A DNA stretch of 63,650 bases, filler included, from Atractiella rhizophila (taxonomy: Eukaryota), in NCBI GenBank assembly GCA_021432655.1. It is 5 parts of 4 records of this genome, joined end to end, with 100 filler letters (N's around TTAATTAATTAA, not from the genome) between each part and the next. Parts side by side here need not be neighbours in the genome. Positions count along the whole stretch, not along the records: positions 29,198 to 44,481 come from MU271249.1; positions 44,582 to 57,899 come from MU271252.1; 3 more parts are not named here. One strand, 5' to 3'. A program made the translations under genes and the position numbers. This document shows, piece after piece, positions 39,321 to 51,080 of the stretch (positions are counted from its first letter, which is position 1; every line of letters starts with the position of its first letter). The notes beneath the pieces were generated by a model. The model ran no database searches. It saw only the letters and a program-made list of their open reading frames with translations, and had not been told where the DNA came from.

Positions 39321-40472
39321 ATGCTGTATTTTCGAGACCCAGCAATTCCGATAATCGTAGTCTCACCACCGCCGACAACTTCCCATCTGCACAGCGACAG
39401 TGCTCTTCCCAGCTACATCCCTCCCCCTGGGACTGATTCGTCATCGACCGCTCCACCGTCATCTGCCTCCTCCGGGAACGAAGAAGTGCCATATTTACAC
39501 AAGAACTCCTCACGAATCTTTCTACGAAGCGACGTATACGTGCCTGAGGAAGAGGATGCTAGAATCATCAGCGAAGGATGCGAGCCTTTCAAGGATGTGG
39601 AAATTGTTCCTCACCCGAAATGGCCAGTTGGGACCAAGGAGTATTGGTTGAATTTGCGAAAGAGCAGAGGTTTTCAAGGGGCTATGAAAGTGACAAAGAA
39701 GGAGGTCATGGCGGCCAACAACTACGTCGTGGCCCGATTCATGAGGCGCGAATATGGAGTCGAGTATGCAGCTGTTGCTGAGCTTGTGAACGCTTCTGAA
39801 TACGATTTCGAATCCGACGAGGAAAGCGAAAGACATCTTGTTCCTCCACCGCAATCTCTTCAGAGTCCTCGAGACCCGTCTTCTCAGCAGTCTCCCCGTG
39901 CCCAGCTAATTCCCAAAACTTTAGAGCATTCGTCTGTCTTTTTTGGAGATTATGATACCAGCAGGAAGAACGCGGGGACTGAGCAACCAGTACCTGCTCC
40001 AGCTGTCTCTCCGACAACGAAATACCTCGCTCCACCGCAACCACATTACCTCACTCGGACAATACCGCGAAGGCGAACCACAGTGCCTGCTCCTCAACAG
40101 AAGACGATCCTAAATCATCCCGCCAGCTATGGGGAGCAAACTTATTTCTCTAAGGAGGAGGCTGTCGCTTGGCATCGATTGATGTTAGACGAGTGGCACG
40201 CTCGTGAACGACTGCGAATATTGTCCTCAACCACGATCCATCCCAACTCCGCTATCCCTCTCAGCCTTGTTGTTCCAACGACCCTCTCCTACACCCCCGC
40301 ACCACGTACTCGAAAGCAATTCCTTCGAGAACCTCCTCTCACCCCTGAGGAGTACGCCAAAGTTTACAAGCCCTATGATCCCAATGCGTCTTCACAGGCT
40401 AGACTTGAGGCCTATAGCTATTATACGCGATTTGAAACTGGTCTTAGCCAACGCTTGAGGTCAAAAGCATAA
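39321..40472 (+). CDS. Hypothetical Pro-rich protein (383 aa, intronless)
   Basis: Long ATG-started ORF with no recognised domain. Confidence 0.65.
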   Translation: MLYFRDPAIPIIVVSPPPTTSHLHSDSALPSYIPPPGTDSSSTAPPSSASSGNEEVPYLHKNSSRIFLRSDVYVPEEEDARIISEGCEPFKDVEIVPHPKWPVGTKEYWLNLRKSRGFQGAMKVTKKEVMAANNYVVARFMRREYGVEYAAVAELVNASEYDFESDEESERHLVPPPQSLQSPRDPSSQQSPRAQLIPKTLEHSSVFFGDYDTSRKNAGTEQPVPAPAVSPTTKYLAPPQPHYLTRTIPRRRTTVPAPQQKTILNHPASYGEQTYFSKEEAVAWHRLMLDEWHARERLRILSSTTIHPNSAIPLSLVVPTTLSYTPAPRTRKQFLREPPLTPEEYAKVYKPYDPNASSQARLEAYSYYTRFETGLSQRLRSKA

Positions 40473-41753
40473 CGGATCATCAGGACATCAATTTGAATCG
40501 TAACGAGTTGCAATCTGGACGACACCATACACTTCAAGGAACCATCACGACCAAGGACCATCATTACAGAAAATAATGCGTGAACACCATCTATCTTTAT
40601 GCGAAACACATCCTATTTCAAACCTACACCTCGTCCTCTGAAAGTTGACTGTTTTCCGGCACAATTCCAACTTTCAATTTGAGGGACACCTCCACTTCCA
40701 AACTCACTATTTTATGTGTATCTATGATAGTCATGAGCTCTCGTTCATGAATGAGGTGTCGTGACTCTATCCACCTTATAATATCTAATGACGCTACATA
40801 ATTTGCTTTCCATTTCCTTTGTCCTTCTGGTATATATCATTTCTTCTGCTTTCCGGTTTGTACTGTATATACGACCGCTTTTATCGTCAACAGTTAAGAG
40901 AATAAGGATCTGGCTTTTAAATCTCTTAAGAATGGTCAAAGCTTCGACGTCTTAAGCGAGTGAGCTGAGTTAAACAAATATTTACACTTTCAGGGATGCG
41001 TGGCTATTTACACTGTCAATTACGAAACAGCGTGACCAGCCGAGGCAAGGCAGCTCGCATAAATTTGAGCATGAAAGTGAAGCGTCCATTCGTACATCTC
41101 CGGACCATTTCGAGACACCGAGGATGCCTTAAAGCCTGGTTGAGTAGGAGCGTCACATAAGTGGTCCTTGTAATCCTTCCAGTTCGCCCAACGGCGAACT
41201 CGCTCATTTCATACTGCAATTGTCCACATCCGCTTTGGAGAAAATTTCCTTACCTTGCGAAAGGAAAGGCCATGACCCATGGTGGCGTCTTGGTCCTCCT
41301 CTTTGCTCTCTTCATCGTCTTCAAGTTCTTCTTCATCGTCTTCCTCCCGCACACTCTTTCGGGCCCTCTCCTCTCCTCCTCCTACACGGTCTAACTAATT
41401 CTTCCACCATCTTCCTCCTGTTTTCCTTCCCCTCTGCCGTCCTTCCATGGAAAAAGGTCTTGCCTATCGCACGTAATACGTCGCAATGATCACTCGTGAA
41501 GTACTTTCCCATCCGGTGTGCACGCTGCAGGAAGTCTTCGAGGGAGGGAAAAATGGCATTGTGTCCTGTCCTTGACTGCAACTACAATACTGAACTTGAT
41601 AGCTTGATCAGCCTGTTGCACCCATAATTGGTTAGGTGCGGTAAGGTAAGCGACAAGACTTTTTCTATCAAATTGCAGCTGCTTACTTCTAAGATACAAA
41701 CAAATATCCATATTTTTGTTACTTGATCAAGTCAGCCAACCATAAAACGGTCT

Positions 41754-42727
41754 TTAGGCGGTCGTAGAATCCAGGATCTCGACACCAGTCATATTGCCCT
41801 CGGCATCCACAGTGTAAACAATTGGTACACCGGTAGCCAGTTCCTTCTTGACGATGGCTTCTCCCGAGAGTCCTTCAAGCTCTTTGATCATCGATCTTCA
41901 GATCGCACGTCGATGCATCAGCAACGAGGAGATGTAAAAGCAGCGACGAACCGCAAGGAATTTCCATGTGCGGCGATCAGGACGTTCTCCCCTTTCTTCA
42001 CTCGGGGAAGAATCTCTTTCTCGTAGTAAGGCATGACACGCTTTCCAGTAAGCTCAAGCGATTCTCCTCCTGGAGGTGGAACATCCTATCGGCACAAAAT
42101 GAAAGCCCAACACCAGGCCACTTCAATCTAATGACCTTGACTCGAAGGGAATGACGCACGTAGCTCCTCCTCCAAATATGAACTTGTTCCTCTCCCCACT
42201 TCTTCCTCGCATCATCCTTATTCAAACCCGTTAAATCACCGTAATCCCTCTCGTTCAATGCTTGATCCTTGAAAATCGGAATATCCTCCTGTCCGATCTC
42301 TTTGAGGATGATATCCAAAGTCGTTTGTGCCCGAGACAGAGCAGAGGTGAAAGCAACATCAAACTTGTATCCCCGGTTTTTGAGTTCTTTTGCACCTTTG
42401 TGAGCTTCTTGGCGGCCTAGCTCCGTGAGTCCAGGATCCTGACCCAAGTTTTTTTCAACGGATATCGGTGTGAGAGGAGAGAGTAGGGACGCACTTTCCA
42501 GCCCGTAAACTTTTGGGTGCTCTCAGAGATCTTTCAATTGGTCAGAAAAGGGCATACGAGGTTCTACCTTCATGTTATCGCCTTGCGTTGAAAGGACAGC
42601 AGAAGAAACGCGCACTAGTTTGTTCCATTCGCTCTCTCCATGCCTAACGAGAACCAACTTTCCCACTCGACTCGGTCAGATCCAAGAGAATTATCAGACC
42701 AAAACAACGCACGACGGATCCTGTCAT
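41754..42727 (-). CDS. GPM1: 2,3-BPG-dependent phosphoglycerate mutase
   Basis: Spliced [59 protein letters not shown] and LATGVPIVY. Confidence 0.95.
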
Positions 42728-43547
42728 GTTTATCGGTATTGATGGTGTAGATTAGGAAAAGTTTGCGGTGTAAAGTGGTGGTTTTCAATGACGACATGCG
42801 GCACGTGATTTGCGGTTGAAAGTTCTTCTGTCCGAATGCACCCGTAGTATTATGCCTTAATCTCTGTATCGCAGTCAATTAAAAGCTATTAATGAGTTCA
42901 AGTAGATTCAACAGAAGAAGGTACATCTAATTCTTTGCTACCAGCATTGATGCATGGCGAGGAGGAAACCGTTCGGGCACGCGTCATTGCACCATACAAT
43001 TTGCGCTTAACTTAACAGGGCAGAAAGAAGTAGCTGTGATCTCAAGCTGGGATTTAGCAACCGAGTGCATGACTATGTACACGTCCCCGCCTCTTGAGGC
43101 TTCGTTCATGTGAGCGCCTGCGATGTTGTTTAGTACACATCCAAAGAGTTGCAGAGATGCATGCTGTTTCTTCAAAAATGAACAAGTTAGCTCGGCTTCA
43201 CAAATAAGACTTCATGACAAATAAAACTTTAATCGAAGGTGGGCCTTCATGATCACAAGAAAGGATTTTGAGGTCAGACCCTTCTTCCTCCTTGCCGTGC
43301 CCCGAATCTCCTCAGGTGCAAGAATAGATCAGAATAGATCATCTTAAGCTTCACTCCTTTTGCCCCAATAATGTAGACCGTGTTGGTCATGGTCTTCCCG
43401 TAGAGCGTGGTGTTGCCGCCATCCCCACCGCGGACCTGATGTCTCCTCACCGGTACCTCCGATAGCACATTAAAAAGCCAGTTGAAATCCATTATCTCTT
43501 CCAGACAAACACAATCGTCTGTCTCTGTATAATTCGGAAACTGTTAA

Positions 43548-44481
43548 ATGTCACTCTGCAAAGCCTGGTTAGTTTCTGTCGTCCTGACTTGTTTGGTCGA
43601 TGGCTGATTAAATGCAGTGTCTCCGGTGTGCTCCATGAGGGTCTGTTTCCCAAAGATCTGGCTGGAGATGCTGGAGATGCTGCTGATGCTGGATTTACCA
43701 CCTACAGGGGAAGCTACTGGTACTATCGAAATCATTAATGGCGTAAAATGCTACATTGGAAAGCCTGCTGGCGAGTGCGAAATCTCCTTCCTGATCCTGA
43801 CAAATGAGCAACAAGGTGATGACAATATTTAGTTATCCCAAAAACAAAGCTCTTGTTTTTCTTCCAGATGTTCGTGTTGTTCTTCTTGCAGTATGTTTCC
43901 CAGCTGAAGCGAGTGAAGGCTTTCAGTATCGAACTGAACAACAACAAGGTCTGTCCATCCAGTCTTTGGACTCAAAGTTCTAATTTGTGATAATAGTTGC
44001 TGGTGGATGCCTACGCAAAAAATGGCTTCTATACAGTTGCCATAGATATCTTGGATGGGGACGCAGTCCCTGCTGACGATATGAATATGCGTTCGTTTGA
44101 CTTCAAGGCCTGGATCGTCAATCATGGGTATGAGAAGACGAAAGGTGCATTTTCGAAGTCCTGTTTATTGTAAAAAGAGAGAGTTGAAATATATTTCATC
44201 TGCAGGAATTACAGACGCTGCGATAAAGGGCTTGAAGGATCAAGGATTCGAAAGTTTTGGCGCGGTCGTGAGTGATATGCTTTCTGAGATTCTTCCCTAA
44301 AAATGTCTCTTAGGCATACTGCTTTGTCGGTTGTCCCCCCATTATTCTCCTCAAGCGTTGACACCTTTTGTCGTGCTGTAGGGTGCAAAATATCTGGCTT
44401 CACTGGCATTCGACGGAACTCTCAAAGCCGGAGTGATGAATCAGTGCGTCTCTGTCACTCTTACGCTTATTGCACTGACTC
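43548..44481 (+). CDS. Dienelactone hydrolase family protein (3' end lost at the gap)
   Basis: Spliced MSLCKACVSGVLHEGEATG..INGVKCY..ALVFLPDVFG..NNNKLLVDAYAKNGF..GAVAYCFGAK. Confidence 0.88.
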
Positions 44482-44581
44482 NNNNNNNNNNNNNNNNNNN
44501 NNNNNNNNNNNNNNNNNNNNNNNNNTTAATTAATTAANNNNNNNNNNNNNNNNNNNNNNNNNNNNNNNNNNNNNNNNNNNN
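44482..44581. other. Assembly gap with artificial linker
   Basis: N block containing TTAATTAATTAA. Confidence 0.95.
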
Positions 44582-44814
44582 TTCGCAGACATTGCTGTTA
44601 GGTGACGGTTTACGTCTACGTCAGTGTAATACAACTCTTCTATCGAACACGGAATCCGTGACGAGGGATTGTCCATATTTGATTGGGAAGAATCCCCGTT
44701 TCAGGCATCACATCGGCCCATCGCTCACGATCCGTTATTATTCGCCGTTCTCTTTAACTTGCTCGTCATTTCCCTATCTGGTTCATTAAACAATGCGCCA
44801 TAGCGTGTTGTCTT

Positions 44815-46443
44815 GTGCAGCATCTGGTCGATCTGCCATGTAGTCGATCGACCACTCGTGTCCCTCAAACATCTACAGTTGGCAACCCAACCCAAGTCCT
44901 GGTTTCTGACGCATTGGATACAGGCACAGTGGAGGACCCCAAGCCTCGGCTTCGAATACAATTTCTGCCTAAACGTTTAACTGTGGATGGTTCCTCGAAA
45001 ACAACATTAGCGGATGCCTTAAACGATGAAGAACCTGCCGCTTTGCCTTACTCTCGTCATAGACGGACACATTCTCTCGATTTAGTACGACGTATCTACG
45101 AGCTTCCAGTTTCCTCTCCTCCAGCCATATCTGAAAATGAAAGCGAAGATTTAGAGAATGAAGATGACCACGATCCTGAAGAGAGTGCATCCTCCACTTC
45201 GCCTCCTCCTGAACCGTCGGAGAACGCATCAACCTCCCAAAGCCACGTGCCCCGATCCTCTCACTCCTCTGTGAATTCTCCCCATCCAAATTCCATCCCA
45301 AAGGACGTTTACATAACTCTTCAATACGATAAGGAATTCTTCGCCAGTCTCTCCAAGTCTCTTGAAGGGCTGATGGACCTTCAAAAGATGCAGCAGAGGT
45401 CCTTCACGGATGAAGTAGCACAACTGTCGATTTCGTTAGCTACTGTTCCATCATTTCAAAAGAAGGACATATACACTTGGCGCCAAATATTCGCTCTCTG
45501 GGTGCAGGCTCAAATTTTTGAAAGCTCTCTTGAGACAGAGAGAGGCAAGCAACGGACACCAGAGGAGGCGAAGGAGAAACTGGACTGGTTTGTGGATCAA
45601 GTTTCGAAGCAGCACTTGGGGAAGCAGATGAAGGGGAAGAATAGCAAGGCGCTTCTGGAACAATTCATCAATCTCAACGTTCAGCTACTGGATTTGAAGA
45701 ATTGGGATTTGGTCAACGAAGAAGCAGCAAGGAAGATTGTGAGTTCGCTCGTTTCCGTTTGACATATTGATGTTCAACCTCGGTGTAGCTCAAGAAACAC
45801 GACAAACGAACTGCTCTAACCGCAAGCGTTGGCTTCCCAACTTTCTATGCGTCATCTTTATCAACGGCCAACACACCGAAACGGTTGACCTCCAGTCACA
45901 TGCTCACCGTCCCAGGAAAGTCGCCTCTTCCACACATTCTGTTATCCAGTATCACCTCGCAACTGCTCCCTGTCATCCCAGCGTTAGATGACTACTCTTG
46001 CCCCATCTGTGGCGATATCGCTTTCAAGCCTATACGACTGGACTGTCGCCATCTGTGAGTAAATTTATGACTCCATGCCCAACTTCTGACACATGAATAC
46101 CGAAGATTCTGCCTACGGTGTCTCGTCAAAATGCAGAAGCGAGGCCAGGATGCCTGTCCCGCTTGTAGAGCCCCGGTTGTCATGCGCGCTACGGGAGCCA
46201 ATCTAGACCAAGAATTGCTCAAGTTTCTACTGGAATGGTTTCCCAACGAGACTAAGCAAGTGCGTCGTACTTTCCTCTTTCCGTTATGCAAATGTTGACT
46301 TTGAATCGTAGAAGCGGAAAGAGAATAATCGGGAGATTGATCAAGAGCAAGACCAGGAGTTAGGTCTGTGTTCTTTCCCTGTCACAATTTCCCTTTGTTT
46401 TAAACGATTCGCAGGAATCGACGGTCGGTGTGCCGTGATGTAG
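44815..46443 (+). CDS. SPX-domain plus C3HC4 RING E3 ubiquitin ligase (Pqr1/Spx1-like); 5' part missing
   Basis: DIYTWRQIF, SPX end [55 protein letters not shown]..CPACR; ends CAVM*. Confidence 0.88.
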
Positions 46444-47173
46444 AGGATCTACGTCTGGACGCCAATATGACATAGACTCCAAGACACGACTACCAGCAGC
46501 GCAGTATTGGTTTCTGTTTCTTTTGGATTGTTGGATAGAGAAGAGCATATGGACGGGGTAACACGACATTCACTGGAGAGAGAGGAGGACGAGTTGGAAT
46601 CAAGCTAAGAGAGGACTGGGTGATGATAGAGAAAGCAAAGGTTCGTTCACTGCTGATACCTATTTTAGGTCGTTAAGGCTGATATCCCGGACTTCCGCAG
46701 CACAGTCGTCCATTCTTCTGACTCTCCAGGACCTCATACACATCTTTCGAAGACTTTCGATTCTTAGCTTTCTCGCGCGTCATCTCAGAAACATGTTTAA
46801 ATAATCTTTCCTGTCCTTAGACTGGGTGGCTCCTTATTCTTATTTCCTTTATTTTTCTAGGAGAGCAAGTAAATTTGTTTTGCAACGAGACAACGTTTCG
46901 TTCTGGAGTAATCGCGACCGTTATTGTAACTTTCTATTAATGGTTCAGACTGCTTATAGGTCCATTTCCCAAGCCATCCTCGAATTGTGTGTATGAAACC
47001 CCTTTCCTATGTGTGATCGCAAACGGGTATATAATGCGAATAACAATTGTTATATCTTGGGATGACAGGACCATTGTTGTTGTTACATGGGGTTTATTCT
47101 CAATATTTTCGTTTCCTCCACCGATATCCAAGTTTCTTAGCTGCTCCTTCATATCACATCGACTCTACAACCT

Positions 47174-48806
47174 TTAGCCCTCAAGTATACGCAGGACCTC
47201 GTTCGCAGTTCCCTGCGGCGAGTTGTCAGAGGAGATATGTGGGAGACCCCAACTTACCCAACTAGCCTGATACCCAAACCCACCATGTCCATACGCATGA
47301 ATCAACCTAACAGACACTCCATCCGGCGCTTCTAAACATCAAGCAAAGAAAGCAGGAATGAGCAAAATAAAACATGATATCGAGGGCAGCAAGCAGAGGT
47401 GAAAAGCGCACTGAGACCGTTGGAATCCTCTTCTATCCTCACCCCGCCATGTCTAGAAGGCCGAAGTCCACATCCGGCCTCAATAACGTCAAGATCGTCA
47501 ATCGTCCCTCCTTCCCTCTTGTCTTCAGGTAGGAGATCGGGCATCAAGAGGAGACAACGCTCTTTGATTCCTTTCGTGATGTCCTCTTTCGGTTCTGCCG
47601 CCCTTCATCGTGGACATGCGCATGTTAGAATAACTCAGCGTAAAGAAAGAAAGCGACACACCAGTCCCCGTCGTGTCTCGTTCCTCCTAGTATCACATCT
47701 CCACAACGCCGGGGAATGACGTAGGTGACCTCTCCATCTCTCAACACCGTCTTCGAATCCTTGATCCATGGCGCTCTCACGAGGACAGTCTGTCCTCTCG
47801 TCGGGTACACCTGTTCCCTCACATCAGCGTCAGCATGAGCATGTAGAACACAGAGTCAAGACGGATGCTGAAGACGGCGCACAGCTGAGTCCCAAGCGGC
47901 GTTCCCGATCCCTGCGCAGTTGATCACGACTGATGGGGTGTTGGGTGCTCTGAAGATATCGAGGAGGGCTTCGAGGGAGCTGAGTTTGGGAGAGGGAACT
48001 GTGTTGCCTCCGAGCAGGATGAATTCTTGTTGTAAATAGCGCAGGTAGTTTGGGGAATCAATGCTAAAGAAATGCGAGTCAGCATTAATATTAGCATTTT
48101 GTGATGTGTAGAAGCGAGGAGACGAACGTTATAGTCTTGAATGTGCATCCAGAGATGGTCCGTGGAAGCAATTCGTCCTCTTTAAGGAGTCTAAACTGCA
48201 CGCACACCACAACACACACAACATAAAAATTACGCTGAATCATCAAAACATGAATCAGCTTACTTCTGGCATGATCTTTTGAAGGAAGAAGGTATCAAGA
48301 CCGGGTCGGGGCTCTTCGTCGTAAAAGTCAGTCTGAGTGGTGATCATGAGGGGCACATCTGGGTCGTCCTGCAACATCTTCCAAAAGACTGCGAACGTCT
48401 CTGTGTCCAGCTCTGCATTCTCGTTCAGTTCAGCGTTCACTTTGCGTTTTGTTAGGGGAAACGCACTCTGATGCCTTTCATCGGGCGCAGTTCTGCCAGT
48501 GATCGGGCCATCAATAGTTGAAATTGATCTGAAAGAAAAGATAGTGAGAGGCGTACGAAACATGGTGTGCTCCCTAACACAGCATGAACACATTGAGACC
48601 GACTCAGTGGAAGAGGAAGAGGAAGAGCCTACAGCCCAGCATGAAGTGTACTCGATCGATTTCTGGTCGGTTGGCCACTTGTGAGCGACGACGGTGACAG
48701 AGTAGTCGGGATGCTTTCTCAGTATGGAAAGGGCAGTCGTGAGACCGATCACTCCAGCGCCGAGGACGCAGATATGCACGCTGGCACCTCCTCCTGAGAC
48801 GTTCAT
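47174..48806 (-). CDS. D-amino acid oxidase / D-aspartate oxidase
   Basis: FAD-binding [50 protein letters not shown] and [15 protein letters not shown]. Confidence 0.93.
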
Positions 48807-48954
48807 TCTTGCTGTTACGATACTCTGTAGTTCGACAACACTACCATAACTACGCGCTACCACGTCCTCGCTGACGTAAGCAGGCTTGACATTGTGTCGT
48901 GCTCCTTCTTGACAATATTTCGTAATATTTCGCTCGCACGCGACGCGACGCGCC

Positions 48955-50805
48955 ATGGCCCTCTCTCCTCCCCCGCCGCGTCTGTCGCTCCACCTCGCAC
49001 TCCTGCGGACACGCATCTCGCCCTCCCCACGCGCTCCTTTCCACGCTCACTCGCGCCGACACGGCACCACGCTAACTGTTCGCACGCCACGGGGCAGGAT
49101 GAAAGTCGACCTGGTGCCTGTTCTCCTCTATTCATCACACTGTTGTCCCTATTCCTGCTGCTAGTTGTCATGCTCTGTGCTACTGCTCCAGATGGAGAGG
49201 CAGGCAGGTTCAGACGGGATGCCATGCTGATGCAGAGAACAGATGAACCCTGCCATCTTCGGAGTGCAGCAGACACGGGGCGAGCGAGCGTATCAGGAGG
49301 ATCGGTGGGCTGTCCACGCGCTCCGAATGCCATGCTGATGCAGAGAACAGATGAACCCTGCCATCTTCGGAGTGCAGCAGACACGGGGCGAGCGAGCGTA
49401 TCAGGAGGATCGGTGGGCTGTCCACGCGCTCCGGCTCCCGTCTCGAACATCCCCATCCTCCCCTTCAACCTCGCCCTCAACATCGACGTCGACTGAGACC
49501 GAGTCCGCGGAGAATGAGGAAGAAGGGGAGGAAGAAGCGTTCTACGGAATCTACGACGGCCACGGTTCCTCCCTCGTCTCCTCATACCTCCATGAGAACT
49601 TACACAACCTCATTCTCTCCTCCACACCCGCACACGCTCAAGAGGTGCAACAAGCTTATACCGCGCTCGGAGGGTACATGAAACGGTGGTCCATCTCTCT
49701 CGCCGGGGAAGGAAGCGGAGGGAAGGGTCTGACGCTCGAGGACCGGATGCGATTAGCCTTCTTGCGCGTGCGTCCCCTGCTCCCCTATCCCCTACTTCAT
49801 TGCCAACGCGACGCTAAGAATAACGCGAGACAGGCCGACGCCCACTTCATCGCTAACCCCCCAGACCCGCCAGCCGGGAGCGTGGGTACAGTGGTCCTCC
49901 TCACCCCTCCCTCTTACTCTCCTTCGGTTTCGACGAAGGAGGGAGAGCCCAAGCGGAGAATCACTTTCGCTCACTTGGGAGATACCACCCTATTACTCTG
50001 TCGTACACGTCTCGGATTAGCTTCGCGCCTAACTTCCAAGTACTTCCCAATCTCTTATCTCCTGCTCCTGCTCCTCCATTTGTTTATTTATTGATTGGTT
50101 GATGGAAAGACACCACCCGCTCTCACGCTCAGAACAGTCTCGCTTGCAGAAGGTTGGGACGTTCAATGTGGACTCTTTCGGTGAGGCGCGGTGGGTAGGA
50201 GGGGTGGAGAACACGCGTGCGGTTGGGGATGTCGGGCTGAAGAAGGCCGGAGTCATCGGTTCGTCTCTCTCTCTTTCCTCCTCCATACCCACCACATCTT
50301 CGTCATCCTCACCAACCTGTGGGTTGACACAGGCGATCCCGATACCGGCACCCTCTCTTTCAACGGTACGTCTTATCATCCCTCTCCCTTTCATCCATTC
50401 ACCACCCAAACTCATTCATCAACCTGAAACAACCAGACTCCGAATACTCCTTCCTCGCATTAACAACCGACGGCCTCAGCTCCCTCCTCACCGACCAAGA
50501 GATCGTCGACCTCATCCGCTTCTCCCCCACGCCGAAGGACGGCGCAAAGCGGGTAGTAGAGTTTGCGGAGCAGGCTGGAGGGAGGGATAATGCCTCTTGT
50601 TTGGTTATTGCTCTGGGAGGGTGGGGGAGGGGTGGCGGGGAGGATGGGACGAAGAGTCGGTGGGTTTTCTTCTTCTCCTTCCTTTTTGTGCTTGCTTTTC
50701 CTCTTCTTTTTGGAGGTTTGGAGGTTGGATGACTGACGCTTGATGTTTAGGAGGGAGTATAGGTTGAAGATGGCTGAGGGTAGTGGGAGGCAGAGGAGGA
50801 TGTGA
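48955..50805 (+). CDS. PP2C family Ser/Thr phosphatase, probably mitochondrial (Ptc6/PPM1K-like)
   Basis: Arg-rich presequence-like N-terminus; RGERAYQEDR, YGIYDGHG, AHLGDT, NTRAVGD, TDGLSS and DNASCLV. Confidence 0.88.
49219..49433. repeat. Exact 107-nt tandem duplication (period 108) of a 3' splice site plus exon start in the PP2C gene
   Basis: 49219-49325 is identical to 49327-49433, with an orphan A at 49326. Confidence 0.95.
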
Positions 50806-51080
50806 TTCCTTATACCTTCATTGAGAGGTTGAGAATAGCGTCATCAGAATGCCGCACCGACACGCCGCGAGACGGCGGTAGAAAAAATGGAACGGGATAC
50901 CACCATATGATATTATGGAGGAGAGAGAGGCATGGACGTTTGTCTCTGGTTGGGATTGGAGTGATGTACAGATTTTCATTTTCGAGCATTCAATGTACAA
51001 TTCGCACGCATTTTTTGTGCCTTCTCAACTCTCTGATCTATTGAAACAGTGATGGGCGAGAAGGGATGAAGGTCGAGAAC

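Noticed and set aside
41250..41711. MGKYFTSDHCD.. resembling the U1-C zinc finger, with an acidic stretch downstream
   Set aside because: The zinc ligands are incomplete, the frames are inconsistent and I could not build a gene model; at most a relic.
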